Source of the DNA: Marsupella aquatica
Lineage: Eukaryota; Plantae; Marchantiophyta
Assembly (NCBI GenBank): GCA_973895155.1
Contig: OZ316896.1
Span: forward strand, 2,294,001 to 2,358,000
Length of the DNA stretch: 64,000 bases
Reading direction: 5' to 3'
Positions 35,237 through 50,500 of the stretch are shown in pieces. Below the pieces are notes generated by a model. It ran no database searches. It saw nothing but the letters and a program-made list of their open reading frames with translations, and was not told the origin of the DNA. The position numbers and the translations under genes are program-made. How positions within the stretch are numbered: position 1 is the first letter of the stretch; each line of letters opens with the position of its first letter.

Positions 35237-38200
35237 ATGGCTCCAAGGTTGCCTCTTCACAACCCATTTAGGATTAGGCATCATGATTCTAAATTGTGGA
35301 TGCGTGAACAAGCCCGGGCCGCCCAAGGTAGGAGTAGGAGGATGAGATGCCCATGCACACAGTGCCAAGGATTCAAGTCGTTGAGTTTGAACACTGTGCA
35401 CCTTCACCTGCTGCGGCATGAAAGGCACCCTCGGTGGAGGGTTTGGAATGTACCAGCAGAAGAAGACTCCTCTGATGAAGAGTGGAGAGCTGACTTTGTG
35501 GATTCTAATACAGCTAGGCGTAGAGACTACGTAGAGCAGGACATAGACTGTGCAGAGGATGGTCCTGGGGTCCAACATGAGAACGTGGATGACCAAGATG
35601 GAGATGCAGAGGCAGTCACTGAGGACGGTGGGATGGATGTCCCAAGAATGGTTCAAGAGATTTTTGAAGACCTTGATGCTTTTTACGACACAGTGGAATC
35701 AGAAGAGGACAATGAACCGCAGCCACACATTGGCGACGGCCAAGCTCAACCTGACTTTGACATTGGGGAAGGTGCAGCAGAGAGGGAGTGGGTGTTTGGG
35801 GGCCCAAAACACATCAAAGAAGCTTGCATTCCTATCTACAAGGGGTCGAACTGCTCCAAGCTGGGTTTTGTCGTGTTGTTGTTGAACATCTGTGGCAATC
35901 ACAATGTTCCCAATATATTTGTGACAGAGTTGTTGACCTTCCTACGCCGAAATGTGTTACCAGATGGTAATTCAATTCCAAAAAATATGTACGAGGCTAG
36001 GAAATTGATGTCTAACCTTGGGCTGAACTATGTGTCTATTGACGCATGCCCTGATGGGTGTGTTCTCTTTCGCAAAGAGCATGCAGATAAATTGACATGC
36101 CCTCATTGTGGTAAGCACAGGTACAAGAATGTAGGGAAATGTACACACCCTGCCAAGGTTCTTCGTCATTTTCCTCTCATTCCTAGACTACAACGTCTGT
36201 TTAGATGCCCTGCCATTTCCAAGCTGATGACATGGACTCCTGATAACAAGAGCAGTGATGGCCTGCAGCGTCACATTGGAGATTCCAACCATTGGAAATT
36301 TGTTGATGAGAGGTGGCCACAGTTTGCTGCAGAGAAGCGGAACTTTCGATTTGGTCTATCACTGGATGGAGTAAACCCATTTGGAGACAAAAACAACCGT
36401 TATTCATGTTGGCCGGTTACGCTGCTAAATTACAACCTTCCCCCATGGATGACTACAAAGAGGTTTTTTGTCATGATGGTGCTGTTAATCCCTGGACCAG
36501 CTTCTGTGACCAAGCAATTCATAGATATCATGTTGGCTCCAGCAGTGGAAGAGTGGAAGACTTTGTGGATAGAAGGGGTGTTAACCCATGATGTTCTGAA
36601 GGGGCTTCTTCGACCCAGCCCCTTTAGACTGCATGCAATTTGTTTGCTGGATATAGCAGATTACCCAGGCCATGGCATCATATCTGGACGAGTGACAAAG
36701 GGCTATGTGGGGTGCACACCATGTGGGAAAAATGTGACAAGTGAGTGGTCGCATGCCCTGCACAGTATGAAATTTCAGGGGCATAGAAGGTATCTGCCTG
36801 TTGATCATCCTTACAGGCACACACGGTCTCAAATTGCACACTTCAACAACAAAACAGAGCTTCGTGGCCCACCACAGAGGGTCACCAGAGAGCAAGTCCT
36901 GAGGTGGGCAGCCAGGAAGGCTGATTGGGACAAGAGAAGTGCCACTGATCGAGAACCTAAGGATCCAGTGGTGAAACACGGTGTGAAAAGACAGACCTTG
37001 ATGGACTTGGAGTTGGAGTACTGGAGGGTAATGTACTTAGCCTCCAGCCCCTGTATGATTGCAATTTTAGATTGGAGCAATGGTGGATTGATGTTGGTTA
37101 CAATCCTCCTATGTGGTTAATTAGTGTTTCTGTTGTTGAATTCTTTGCTTTGTGGAGTGCAGGAATTCGAGCCCAGCAAACACAATGTGGACGTCATGCA
37201 CATTGAGAAAAATATTTGTGAGAGCTTGCTGAAGTTCTTGTCGGGTGAGAAAGATACAGGAGCAGTTCGAGCTGATATGCAACAGAAGGGGATTCGCCCT
37301 CACCTTTGGTTGAAGCCCCATGCAAGCAATCCCAATGTACTTCTCAAGTTCCAAGCTCCCTATGTGTGCACACAGGATGAATGGAAGACATTCTTGTATA
37401 GATTGAGCTGTCTGAAAGTGCCCTCTGGCTATGCTGGTGCCTTCAAGAAGCATATTACAAAGAATAAACTTGGCAGTATGAAAACACATGACTACCATGT
37501 GTTGATGCAGCACATTCTGCCCCTATGCCTCAGAGGTCTCATGCAGAAACCAGTCCGTAATGTCATTCTTTGACTGTGCAATGTATTTCGCCGTATATGT
37601 GTGAAAGTGTGGGATCCCCAAGGATTGGAGCAGTTGAAGCAGGATGCTGCTTATGTCCTCTGTGACTTGGAGATATACTTCCCCCCTGCTTTCTTTGATG
37701 TTATGACTCATCTCCTAATCCATGTGGTAGAAGAGCTAGGGCAGTATGAGCCAGTCAGTACCAGATGGATGTACCCTATGGAGCGATACATGAAGTTGTT
37801 GAAAGGTCATGTGAGAACATACTACAGGCCAGAGGCTTCCATGGCATTGGGGTACATTAAGGATGAGACGTTGGGATTCCTAACAGAGTACATGGCTGGG
37901 TATGGTGAAGCTATGACAAGAGTTTGGAAATCTGGTGAAGATGATGGAGTGAGTGGCGAGGTTGTTGAAGGTGTGGGACGTGCTGTTCAGCTGCCTGTTG
38001 CGATTCGAGACAAGGCTCATTCATATGTGCTGGCAAACACAGAGCCTATGCAACCATGATGGAGGTGAGTGATTGAATTGACTTGCCTTTGTTGTGATGC
38101 TTCTTGTCTGTTCCAAGGGTGATCTTAGGTTGTCATGTGTTGTTTAGACCTAACTATGCCTGTACCTCATAATGCAGGGAATATGATATGCAAAAAGCTG

Positions 38201-38937
38201 CACACTCTGGGCAGCAGGATCCCTTCCCACAGTTCGAGCAGTGGATTCGGGTGACAATTCGAGAGCATAGTAGACATCACCCAGATATGGAGAAGGATTT
38301 GTATCTTCTATCTGTGCCACCACGATTGTCTATTCTGACCTACAAACGGATGAGAGCTTATGGAAATCATTATCGAGTGAGGGATGAGCAGGGTGACCAT
38401 TGTGTATCATATGATTGTGGTTTGATTTCTGTGTTTGAGCAGAGAACCTCTGAAGAACAGAGGGGGTGGATGAAGATGGGTTACGTGGGGGAGTTGACCG
38501 ACATTTGGGTGTTGAATTATGGTAACACAAGTGTCCCAGTGATATTGATGAAGGGATCATGGGTGAAATCAGAGTGGCAGAGACCAAGGGCCACCATGAA
38601 GCGTGATCATGATGGGTTCTTGTTGGCCAATTTTAGGTCCAGAGTACCAGAATGGTCTGAGCCTTTTGTTTTCCCTAGCCAAGTTGAACAGGCTTTCTTT
38701 GCAGATGTGGAGGAGTCACATGGCTGGAGGGTGGTATGCCATAGCCAAGCACGGAACAGGCGGATGGATGGAAGTAAAGTAGAGTTCAGTTTGGATGACC
38801 ATGCTGCATTCGAGCATCCTAGTCATGAGACTGTACTTCCAACTCGGGCAGGGACTGACTACATCCCCTTAACATTGAGAGAGACATATGATGAACCTGG
38901 ACAAATGGAATATGATGAGGTTGATGATTTGCAATAG
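35237..38937 (+). pseudogene. CACTA TnpD transposase (3 exons) with premature stops
   Basis: CPCTQC, IDACPDGCVLF, LRHFPLIPRLQRLF, GLSLDGVNPF, YNLPPW, DVMHIEKNI, FPPAFFDVMTHL, RWMYPMERYM and EPFVFPSQVEQAFF; introns ~37028-37162 and ~38065-38177; in-frame TGA at 37571 and 38057. Confidence 0.93.
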
Positions 38938-39114
38938 GCAACAGCTGGCGATTGGCAAGTATGAGGTTGAGGATGACTACCTGCACAGAGTCACATAACG
39001 GGAATTGCTGCCTGGAATGATGTTTAGGATAGTTGGATATGCATGAAATTGATTGATACTTTGAATTTAGTGTGCTGATTCTCCCTGTTTGGTTGTGGGT
39101 GCTGTGCAGAAGCG

Positions 39115-42100
39115 ATGGGGGAAGAGGGTGATGACACGGAGACAGACATGGGGCTTGGAGAGTGGGGTGAAGAGGAAAGATTGGATATGGATGGAGACCC
39201 AGATGCAGGGGGCTCACAAAAAAATGCACCTGTGCAAGATGCACAGGGCCCTCATCAAGTCCCAGGTAGGTGGGCAGCTAGAGAGAAATCACATAATCCA
39301 TACCCTAGAAGGAGCCAGAGTTATTGGCAAGGGACGCCTGATAATTATGATGATGACTATGATGGAGCAGAAGATGGATGGGATGAATATGAACACCCAG
39401 AGCGTGGTAGAGACGGGTACAGAGGGCAATGGAAAGGTGAGGAGGATGATTGGACAAGTAAGTGCCTTGTGCTAGTGATTTTGTGATGGTAGTAGAGATT
39501 TAGCTCAATATGCACTTATCTGATGTGTAGCTAGGGCAAAGAGTTTATCTTACAGGTCCATGAGTGTGGCATGTACCTGTTGGTATGCAGACTCTGATTG
39601 GGACAATCACGAAAACAACAAAGGCCATCCACATTCAGATAGGAGGCAATCATTCACAGGCGGGAGAAACGCCCCTAATTCATCAAGACAAAGCAATAGG
39701 ACAGGTGGTCCAGAACCATCTATGCGCCAAGGGAGAGGTAACTTGGTCATTGCAGAATTGCTTTGAAGTCCACTGTATATTTGGCAGCGGGATTTATGAT
39801 TCATACTTACCTAATGTAAGTGACTGTAAATGGATCCTGTAAATGTGCAGGGACTCCAGGGAGGTTTGGACAATGCAATCCAGGCCGTGGGGGGAGATCA
39901 GGCCGTGGAGGGACCCCAGGCCGTGGGGGGACACCAGGCCGTGGAGGGACACCTAGTAGCGCTTCAGGGAGTACCAAGGCAGGAGACAGTAACAAATTTG
40001 GTAAAGTAGAAGTGAATTCCGAAGGTTGGATAACTCCCACATGTGATGGTAAGAACCGTTGGCATTCTGACCTAAGAGGAGAAGTATTGCGTTGGTTAGA
40101 TTTGAGCATTACAGAGTTTAGGAGTCAGAACAAAGCTGATTGGGCTGCTATCTGCAAGGACATTCTTGAACGGTGGGAGTATGTTGGTAATGATGGTAAG
40201 GGCCCAGTTGAAGATTGCATATCAGATTATGCAATGAGGATTTTGAAACAAGAGAGGCATAGGTTGAAAAGGATGTGGATAGACAATGGTTCTAACAGGA
40301 GAATGCCACCACCCCCATCATTGGAACTGGATCAATGGACACGGTTAATCAAAGGGTTCATGTCGGAGGCTGGACAGAGCAAGAGTGAACTGATGTCAAA
40401 TGCTCGAGGCAAAGTGAAACACCTTTCACAGGCTGGGAGAGGAAGTTATGCTCCAGTGAAAGAACAATTGGTAAGGCAGTGACATGCCTGATAGTAAGCC
40501 TCAAACTTATCATCTTGCTACCATTATTACATTTTCATTGACAATCAACACTTGGTTTCATTCATATGTATGTTGATGTGGACTGCAGAAGAAATTGACA
40601 GGTGAAGAACCATCAGCACAAGAAGTGAGAGAGGAGTTCATGAAACAAAGGAGTGAGGTGACAAGTGTAACTTCCAAACAGGTGATTATGTTGTAATTCT
40701 GTATGTTCTGTGACTATTTGGCCTTGAGCATCAGAAAGAAATGTAGTAGGAAGTAAGCAACCAGTTCTTGGGGACAGTTATCTGAGATATGTAAGCTGTG
40801 TTATGACAGGGAACTGTTACAACTCTCACAAAGATGTGTGAACGGTTGAAGTCATTAGAGTGTGGACTCCCTCGAGTGGAAAGTAAATTGGCTGATCGTT
40901 TGGATATTGTGGAGGCATCTGTAGCGAACCTTCTTGCATCAGTGGAATCTAATTTCAAGCTTGTGATTGAAAAATTGGGTGGTTCCCAACCAAACAATGA
41001 GGGCAACATTGTACAAAGTGTGCCCTTGTTAACAAAAAAGGGAATTGGCAAATCTGACACAGGTATGGAAATGACACCGGCCCATTGTTCATTGTGTCCT
41101 ATGTTCAAATGTTAGAAGTAAGTTTTCATGAATTGAGTGAATGGTTTGAATGCAGGAAGAGTGGAGGCAGAGAAGGACCCTGTAATCAGTAAGCAGAAGG
41201 GCAAGAAGGTTGCTGAGACAGGTAACCTGCTATGATCCAATACATTACATTTGAAAAGTGCATGGAGTTTTGTGAAGCTTAAGCCGGTTGGAGGTAATCT
41301 TTTCTGTAAGAACTGGTTGGATGAACTGGGATCTGAAGTGACATCATGATTGATGTATCAGGTGATTCAAAGAGCAATAATGAAGAAGATGTGCCCAGTG
41401 CCTCAGTGACCATAGCCAAGGAGGTATCAGGTAAGCTGATGCTTTAAATTCCTCTATATGAATGTTGAGCAACAATTCAGTGGTTAATAGATTCAACCTG
41501 AATATTGTGGTGTGTTTATTGATCAACAGAAGCAGACATGGAGCATATGGCAATGGCAAAGAAGGGGAAGAAGGCTGTTCATAATGGTAAGGAGATAGTG
41601 ACAACTTTGTGGTTGGTGACATGTACATTTAGCACATGTGATGAGTGATTGACTTATGTTGGACATGACACTGAATTGTAGTTGATGCAGAGTTGACAGA
41701 CTCTCAACCAAGTGGGAGTAGGGTGAAGCGACGTCGAAACTTGGGAGCAACATTGGATGCAAGTAAGATTGTAGATGCTTCAATTGAAGCAAGTACAATG
41801 TTGGCAGATACTGAGATGATGTCGCAGGGAAATCCTGCTACACAATCAGAAGTGTCAAATATGGATGCAGATTCTTTGAAGAAGAGTGTAGCCAATTCTC
41901 GATCACCAGCACAAAACACTCGTGCCAAAGTCATGACTCGCAACCAAGGTATGAATAATGTCATGTATAAGCCACCCAAGAAAGCCAAGAAAAACAGCCA
42001 GGGTAAGGTGGAGGTGATAGCCACAGCAGAGCCAGTCCATAATCTTCTATCATGGGAGGATGACTCACAGGTATGTGTGGGTACAGGCATTTTGCGACCG

Positions 42101-42286
42101 GATCATGCAAAATTCCATGGCAAAGTGGTCCCGGATGACCATGTAGTAGTGTTGTTGACTACAGTGATTGTATCTGATTGTAATTTGCCATTTCCGAATA
42201 GAGACGATGATCCACCTCAGGAAATAATTGCAGATGCAGTAGGATCTCTTGTGCTCTGGCCATCAGAGTGTGTTAGTCTGCAGTGA
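39115..42286 (+). CDS. CACTA TnpA-like multi-exon gene (exon boundaries approximate)
   Basis: Many short GT-AG exons; Ptta/EnSpm-like block QWTRLIKGFMSEAGQSKSELMSNAR..AGRGSY; C-terminal FHGKVVP..LPFPN..AVGSLVLWP. Confidence 0.7.
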
Positions 42287-42859
42287 CTGAATGCAAGTGT
42301 AGATAGCATCATGTGAATTGTGTCACATTTTGACATTGCCTTGGAAAGATCCAAGAAATATCTGTACCAATTTTTCCATTTGGTAAAGAGGATGAAGGAG
42401 ACGTTGTGTGTGACATTGATATTTCTGAATTCTGTATGTATGAAACAAGTGATTGATGTCAAACTATGGCTCTATGGTGATTGTCTATGATACTTGAATC
42501 TATTTTATCATTTCAGTATTAGTGTGTATGGTATAGAGGAATACTTTGTGACCTTCTTTGTAGTCTATGAAGTTTGAATCTGTGAATTCATATTAGTGTA
42601 CATGGTATAGAAGATGGCTTTCTGAAACTATGTATTCTAATGTTAACATGATGAATGGTGAACTTATAGAGTGAGTTCATTCCAAGTACACAATAAAACA
42701 TGAATGCAATATGTTATTTGTGCACAAGAGTGGGTTCATTCCAAGTAGTATAGTGGGGTCTTCATCACTCATATCCAGTTGACATAAAAGACTTATACAT
42801 ACCCCACAAAGTATATTTAAAGACTACCCTCCATAACCTTTTTAGCACTAGAAGAATCC

Positions 42860-43220
42860 GAGGTGAACTGAGACCGCAATATATGACTCATTTTGGCTCA
42901 TGTGACTTCATTGTGACTCAACGTGACTTGACCCACGCTGTGACCCTTGGAGTTGCAAAAGTTGAGACCAAAAAATGGAAGTCACTATTGATACTGGGCT
43001 TTGCAACTTGCTTGATACCCATTTGTGACTGATCTGTGACTTTATTGTGGAGTCTAGCCTTGTTTCGACGTGACTGCAATATGACTTCAGCGAGTCACAT
43101 CGTAAGTCACATACATGACTTACCCGCATTCAACAACGACTAGCGTGTGACTATTTAGTGTCACAGGAGAGACCAATGGAGACCCTGGCCCGCGTCACAC
43201 AACAGAACCATTTGGGACTC
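42860..43220. repeat. Subterminal repeats of CACTA B (GTGACT/AGTCAC/GAGACC motifs in both orientations)
   Basis: Dense short motif cluster next to the TIR, typical of TnpA-binding subterminal regions. Confidence 0.7.
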
Positions 43221-43700
43221 TATATACTCATGTTTATAACTAATAAGGTTCACATGCAAGTTATAACCATGACTAATGAACACAGAGGGACAGTTCATAA
43301 GAAGAGAGAGCACTCGACATTACAATACATAGAAACCTGATGTTCTAACTTTAGAAATATAACACATTGAATACAAGAAATGAACATAGCATGAATGACA
43401 TCCACATGAAACAAAGCATCATATAAGCAGATCCTACATAAAACATTCATAAGAATTAAACACAATCACAATCTTGCTAAAAAATGAAGATCATTTGAAT
43501 TCCAATGGAATAGTTTACAATGTGATCAATGTAATTTAGACAAAACAGGAACTCATAATTGATGACTGTAGGATGAGATAACTGAAAGCACATGCATGAT
43601 ACTATGAATCTCCAAGAGGACATGATTCTTGTACTGTTTCTTGACATCTAAAATCTACATAACATGACTCACACTACAAACAAATAATGGCATGACATTG

Positions 43701-46700
43701 TTATGGATCCTCTATGAACTTGCTTGGCCATAATACCAAAGAACCTGCAGCATCTCCAAGTGTCTTTTGAGGAGGATCATCATTTGTGTTTGGAATGGGA
43801 AGGACAGCTTTAGGTTTCACTAGTAATGTGACTAACACTACTGAATAACCTGGGGGAATCCTCTTGCCATGGAACGTTGTGGAACCAACCTGCACTCTGG
43901 CAAATCCTACTCGTGTTCCACTCTCATCAACAGCTAACAAGCCACTTTGTCCCTCAGCATTAGGTGCTTTCCCCACTTCCACCTTAGATCTTTCTGCCAG
44001 CACTGTTCTTGGAGGTTTGTATGAAACCTTTGACGTGGCTCTGCTCCCACCAGCAGACTTGCTTCGTGTGCGCATGCTTCCTCTCTTCACAGTAGTGAAG
44101 CTAGGCTCAGTAGGTTCCTCTGTTAGGACTGTCACAGTAGCAGGTTCATCACCTGGGAGTGTCATACCAACTAACTCTTTGGTTGGATTTATCTCAACAA
44201 GAGGCACACCTGTCATTGAGAATGATACATTCTGCAAATCATTTATCTCTGCAATGGAGTCAAGATCTACATAGCATGAATCTGGCTCAATGGTATCATT
44301 GTCATGCTTGCTGATATCCTCATTTGCCCCAACATTGATATCATCCACTCCCTTGCCAATGTCATCCTCATCCAAACATGGTTGACTGCCCTCTGTCAAA
44401 CAAGTTGCTTGTACAGACTGCAACTTTGTTGCCTCTAAATTACAGCGAGTATTTGCCAGGTTCTCATACTTCTTCTCTGTAGCACCTGTCTTATTCTCTA
44501 TGGACACAACAACCACAATATATGTTACTGAAAATAACACATTCAACAAACAATGTCAATTCAAACTATACATTTAATAATCATATCCCACACAGTTGTA
44601 AAGGCCTTACCTTCAAGCCTACATGTCGTTGGCATGCCAGAAGAGTGCATCGACTTTGCCACCTCAAGTGGTGATGGTGGAACTCCTGCAGAATTGGAAT
44701 CAATTTTATCTCTCACCGACACAACAGCTTCCATTAATGTCTTGAAGTTCACATGGAACAAGTCAGTCAATGAATTCAAACGTTCATTGATCTCTGGAAG
44801 ACATGTTTCGACAGCCTTCAAACGACCACTTATCTCTGTAAGTGAAGATCCACCTCCCTACATGACACAGGGGTATAGGTTCAATCACTCCATATGAAAT
44901 GTTGGGCAATATATGCACAATCAATGTTATATACAGTGTACACCTGAAATTCAACGCAGGTCATTCAATTACCAATCAGAACTCATATAACTTACATGCT
45001 TGGAGGATTCAGATGCACCCTCTTGAGCCCGGGTGTTCACAATTTCAGCCCTCAACTCTTCTTTTGAAGGGCTTTGCCCCAATTGGGCTTTCTGCACATG
45101 CATGGCAAACACAAGTTATCGATCAATATTCAGGGAACGTACACTAAAAAACAAAGTTTACATGTAGGGACAGTACACTAAAAAATAGTACATAGTGTAG
45201 CATAAATTACATAGCTAGGCCATTCATTCTTACCAAACGTTTAGCTGTCGGTGCAGTGCCGGTCCTTCCTGTCAGATTAGGGTTCTGAACACTCAACCTG
45301 GCCTCGGTCATCTGTGAACTCTTCTTTTTTGAAGCATCTGTTACAAAATAAGCTACTAACCTTGCCCACACTTTATCATCACAACTGGCTGGTGGAGGCA
45401 TATCTGGCTTCTCCCCACCTTCCTTCCAAGCCTTATGCATTCTCCACCTCTCTTGCTTGATAATTTTACCTGCTGTACTCTCTAGGCAACCTATGTCCAC
45501 GCCATCATCACTGCCCACATAATTCCATTTGGCAGCAACATTTTCACATACAGTCTTCCAATCTTTTGGATGCTGTTTTTTAAAATTAATAACACTCACA
45601 TCTAACCAACGCAATACTTCAGCTTTCAAATCAGCATGCCATCGGTTCTTGCGAGGACACTCAGCATCCACCCATTGTCTCTCATTCAACTTTACGTTCC
45701 CTTTCTTTGTCACCTCCCCTCGTGCACTGCTCTCGGTAGTACTGGGCGTTGTATTGGCCACCCCTTCATTCACCCTACCTGGGGTTCTGAAGCCACCTGG
45801 GAAAATACAATGCCATTCATGCTTGAGAACTACATATAGCAGAATGGATGACGGCAACATTCAATGCTTCACTTCAAGAAAAATTCTTCAAACATACATA
45901 CCTGTAGCTCTGCCTGTAGATGCCTGTGCAGGGACTGCACTCTGAAATTGTTGCGACCCTGGACCACCTGTCCAGCCTAGTACAGGGGCCGGATGATGTC
46001 ACTTTCTAGGTATGTGTGTGCAAACATATGTACTGAAAACTAAGTACAAACTGTAGGAAAACAACTGAACATTCACCGACATACCTGTCCCCCTTCCGTG
46101 CTGCATCTGCATAGGGGCATTAGTGAATACTTGAGTCGATGGTTCGACTGTCCAACCTGCACACATACATTTTCTATCATTATACATGTGCAGAGTCCCC
46201 CCCACGTGAATGGACTCCACATATAATGAGTTCTTCCATTGCTGACAAGATCAGACATTACCTGCTCCTCTTCCAGCGTTTGTAGGTACTGAATTTTGAT
46301 ATCCCTGCCAATTACCTTCACCACCTTCCCAACCTTGTTCATTCCACGACCCACCACCATCCTCCCAACCTGGTTCAACCCATGTCTGTCCTTGTGGACA
46401 TTGGAACTGATCATTACTAGCATTTGCCCAATCAGGTTGGGCAGAATCTGCATGCAATGGCAGGTGGACAGAATTTCATGTTGTCTGAATCCAATACATC
46501 CCAAACAATGTCAAAAATTGATATGCAGTCTGAAATTCAGGAGTGCCATGCCTTCACAAAGAACTGGCATATAGATATATACTCACATCCCCACGGTTGA
46601 GGTGGACGTCCATACCCACGAGATTGTGGGTTTGGACCTGCTCTGCCTCTACCACGGGCATAACCTAGAGCTTGCCCCCTGCCATAGTATTGGGCACCAG

Positions 46701-47410
46701 CCTGGGATCTACCACTACTACCACCTCGCCAACCTTGATCAGAGGTCAGCCCCCCCTGCTGGTATGGTGCATGCACAGGCTTCGAAGGCAAAACAGAACT
46801 GGCAGGACGCTGCATCACATCACCAACTACAATGTCAGGAACTAAGCAAGGTACATATGTGTAGTACTGAATATATGAAACCTCTAAACAAGAGTTTTTA
46901 ACTCAAAACCTTGTTGGGAAAACTACTTACATGTTTCTTTTGGGGCTGCTCTGCAATGTATTCATCTTCATAACCCCCATCCTCATCCATTTCCTCTGGA
47001 AAATACTCATCATCTGCATCTTCTTGTCTAGTGTCTGCACCCACCTGTGCAGCATCAATGTCATCTCCACATTCTGCCATTGTAGGTACGACCTTCTTGC
47101 TCAACCTGTCACTCCGACGCACAGGCCCAGAGATAGTGCTGGTCACCCTTCTTGCGTACTCCTTTTGTTTCTTTGAAAATGCTGTGGCTCTGCGACATTC
47201 CAATATGAGAATACAGTCACAATTTCAGTGCCACATTGAACTATTCATGTCACACAAACTCAGCGGAGGGGTGTAGTTGAGAATCGTTCCCTTACAATTC
47301 AGCCACATCCTTTTCCAGATCCAGTTCTGCGATTTTGGCTTTCACGTATGCTCGTTGTTCCATAGCTTTCCTTTCATACTCACACATCTCTGTGTCACTC
47401 TGTTCCATCC
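43701..47410 (-). CDS. CACTA B TnpA-like multi-exon gene (boundaries approximate)
   Basis: KNRWHADLKAEVLRWLD..WARLVAYF..MTEAR; C-terminal FHGKRIP..LPIPN..DDPPQ..AAGSLVLWP; paralogous to 39115-42286. Confidence 0.7.
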
Positions 47411-47564
47411 TACTGGACCACAAAAACATGTCATCTATGGTCACCCCGTATAACACAATGCAACCACAATCACCAGGCATCCATCCATACATCTGTGTTG
47501 CTTCAGAATTACTTTATTACACATCCTTCCCCTCACTAATGTCTATGCAAACAATTCACATTAC

Positions 47565-50500
47565 TCATGGCACAGGCACACTGTTGGCATCTGCATCTCT
47601 GAATTCGCCTCCTTCAGCAAATGCATCTACCCTTGTCACAGGAATGAAGTCCCCGCTATCATGAACTACAGGCACTTGGTCTGAACGCCGACGATCAAAG
47701 GCACTATGAGAGTGTAAATGAAACTCAAGGTTTGATCCTTCCATCCGGCGTTGCCTGGCCTGTTTATGACACACTACACGCCAACCTGGGGAGTCTTCCA
47801 CATCCAGGAAGAAAGCTTGCTCCACCTGACTAGGAAACACAAATGGCTCAGACCATTCGGGCAATTTCCCTCTGAAATTGGCCAGCAAGAAACCGTCGTT
47901 GTCTCTCTTCATGGTAGCCCTGTTACCAAGCCAATCCTGCCGCACCCATGAACCTTTCATAAGAATCACAGGACTGGACACCGCCCCATAGTCCAGAGCC
48001 CATATGTCAACTAATTCTCCCACATATCCCATCTCCATCCAGGCCCTGTCGTGATTGTGGCTCTGTTGCTCAAATACAGTGATGAGCCCGCAGTCATTCG
48101 TCACCCTGTAGGCACTGTCACCATCCTTCACTCGGAAGTGATTCCCATATGCTCTCATCCGTTTGTAAGTCTTCACTTTCAGGCTAGGGGCATTAGACAG
48201 TAGGTAAACATCTGCATCCATGTCTGGGTGGGTCTCGTGATGCTCTCTAATTGCCACTCTGATCCACTCCATGAAACCTGGAAAAGTTGTTCCTGCAGTG
48301 GGATGGGCCGCCTTCAATGACTCATACTCCCTGAACGAACAACCACACAGCATTAGCTTGGGTAAACATGAACAGGCTGAAGGAGAAAACCACACGAACA
48401 CAACATTTAAGCTCATGAACTGGATTATAGCACATGTATGCACTCACTGTATCCAGGGTTCCATCACCACAATGTTGTGCAATACAAAGTCATGTGCCAA
48501 GTCTCTCATAGATATGGTCAGGTTCTTTGTGGTTGCAGCCCCTTCCAGTACTTCACCTACCACCCCTTCCTCCTCATCAGAATTCCACACCCTGGTCTTC
48601 ACATGCTCATATTGTGCTATGTATTCGGTCAGAAATCCCAGAGTCTCATCCTTGATGTAACCTTTAGCCATGCTTGCTTCAGGTTTGTAATATGTTCTCA
48701 CGTGACCTTTGAGTAGCTTCATGTACCGTTCCAAAGGGTACAACCAACGAGCACTCACAGGCCCAAATTGGTGTAGCTCTTCCACAACATGGACAAGTAG
48801 GTGGGTCATGACATCAAAAAATGCGGGAGGAAAATAAATCTCCAGGTCACACAGCACCTGAGCGACATCTTCTGTCAGTTGTGGGAAGTGTGTTTCATCC
48901 CAAACCTTCACACAAATACGACGAAACACATCACTGAGTCGCATGATCACAGTACGAACAGGCTTCTGCAACAGGCCCCTCAGGCATAAAGGCAACACCT
49001 GTTGCATCAACATATGGTAGTCATGGCTTTTCATACTACCAAGCTTTCTAGTCATGATATGCTTCTTGAAAGCACTGCCATAGTTTGAAGGAACCTTCAA
49101 AGAACTCAACCTCTGCACAAATAGTTCCCACTCTGTGTCTGTCAGAACATAGGGCGCTTGGTACTTCAAGAGCACATCAGCTCTGTGGGCATGTGGCCTC
49201 AACCAAAGATGGGGTTTCATTCCCCTCTGTTCAAGATCCAATCTCACTGAACCAGTGTCTTTCTCTCCACACAAGAATCTGAGTAGACTCTCACAAATAT
49301 TCTTTTCAATGTGCATAACATCAATGTTATGTTTGCTTGGCTCAAACTCCTGCATCGTTGCAATGCAAAAGCGTCAGGAAATGCCTCAAGTTTAGTCTCT
49401 CTCTTCGAAATGAATGCACATGCTCTGAACCAAAACATGTATCCCAATTAGCATCAACTCCAAGAGGCTTACCCTCCAGTACTTGAGCTCCAAGTCCAAT
49501 ATGCTCAGTCTTTTTACACCATATCGCTTTATTGGATCACTCACTCCATCTTCCCTGCCCCCTCGTTTGATATAGTCATCCCTCAGTGCTCCCCACTGCC
49601 TGATCTCCTCTTTGGTCACTCGTGCCGGGGGTCCACGTTGCTCAATCTCATTGCCAAAGTGTGCAATCAGTGCCTGTCTTTCTCTGTAAGGGTGATCTGT
49701 CTTCAGAAAACGACGATGGCCCATGTATATCACTTTCTGCAGGGCTCTGGAGTACTCACTGGTGACATTGCGCCCACAGATAGTACAAGCACAATATCCT
49801 TTTGTTGTTTGGCCTGATATCATCCCATGGGCTGGGTAGTCAGCTATAGTCAGAATGACAATGGCTCTAAGGATGAATGGGTTTAACCTCCCAAGCCTCT
49901 GTAGGACATCATATGTGAGAACTCCTTCCTCCCAAAGCTTTCTCAATTCCTCCACTAGGGGAGCCAGAAACACATCTATGTTGGCAGATACAGCACTGTC
50001 TGGCCCTGGTATCAGTAGGACCATCAGAACAAAAAATCGCTTTGTAGTCATCCAAGGAGGAAGGTTATAATTCAAAATAGTTACAGGCCAGCATGAAAAT
50101 TTGTTGTTCTTGTCTCCAAATGGGTTTACCCCATCCAATGACAGCCCAAGTCTGACATTCCTCGGCTCAGCAGCAAATTCGGGATACATCTCATCTATGA
50201 GTTTCCATTGCCTTGAATCTGCAGCATGTCGTTGTAGCCCATCATCACTTTTCTTGTCAGTTGCCCAAGTCATCATCTCCGAGATGGCACGGCTTCTGAA
50301 CATCCGCTGAAGTCTGGGAATGAGTGGAAAATGACGAAGTACCTTGGCGGGAACCATAGACTTTCCTGAGTTCCGATACCTGTGCTTCCCACACTTAGGG
50401 CATGTCAACGATTCTTTATACTCCTTTCTGAAAAGAACATGCCCATCAGGACAGGCATGGATCGAATCATAGTTCAATCCAAGATTAGATATGCATCTTT

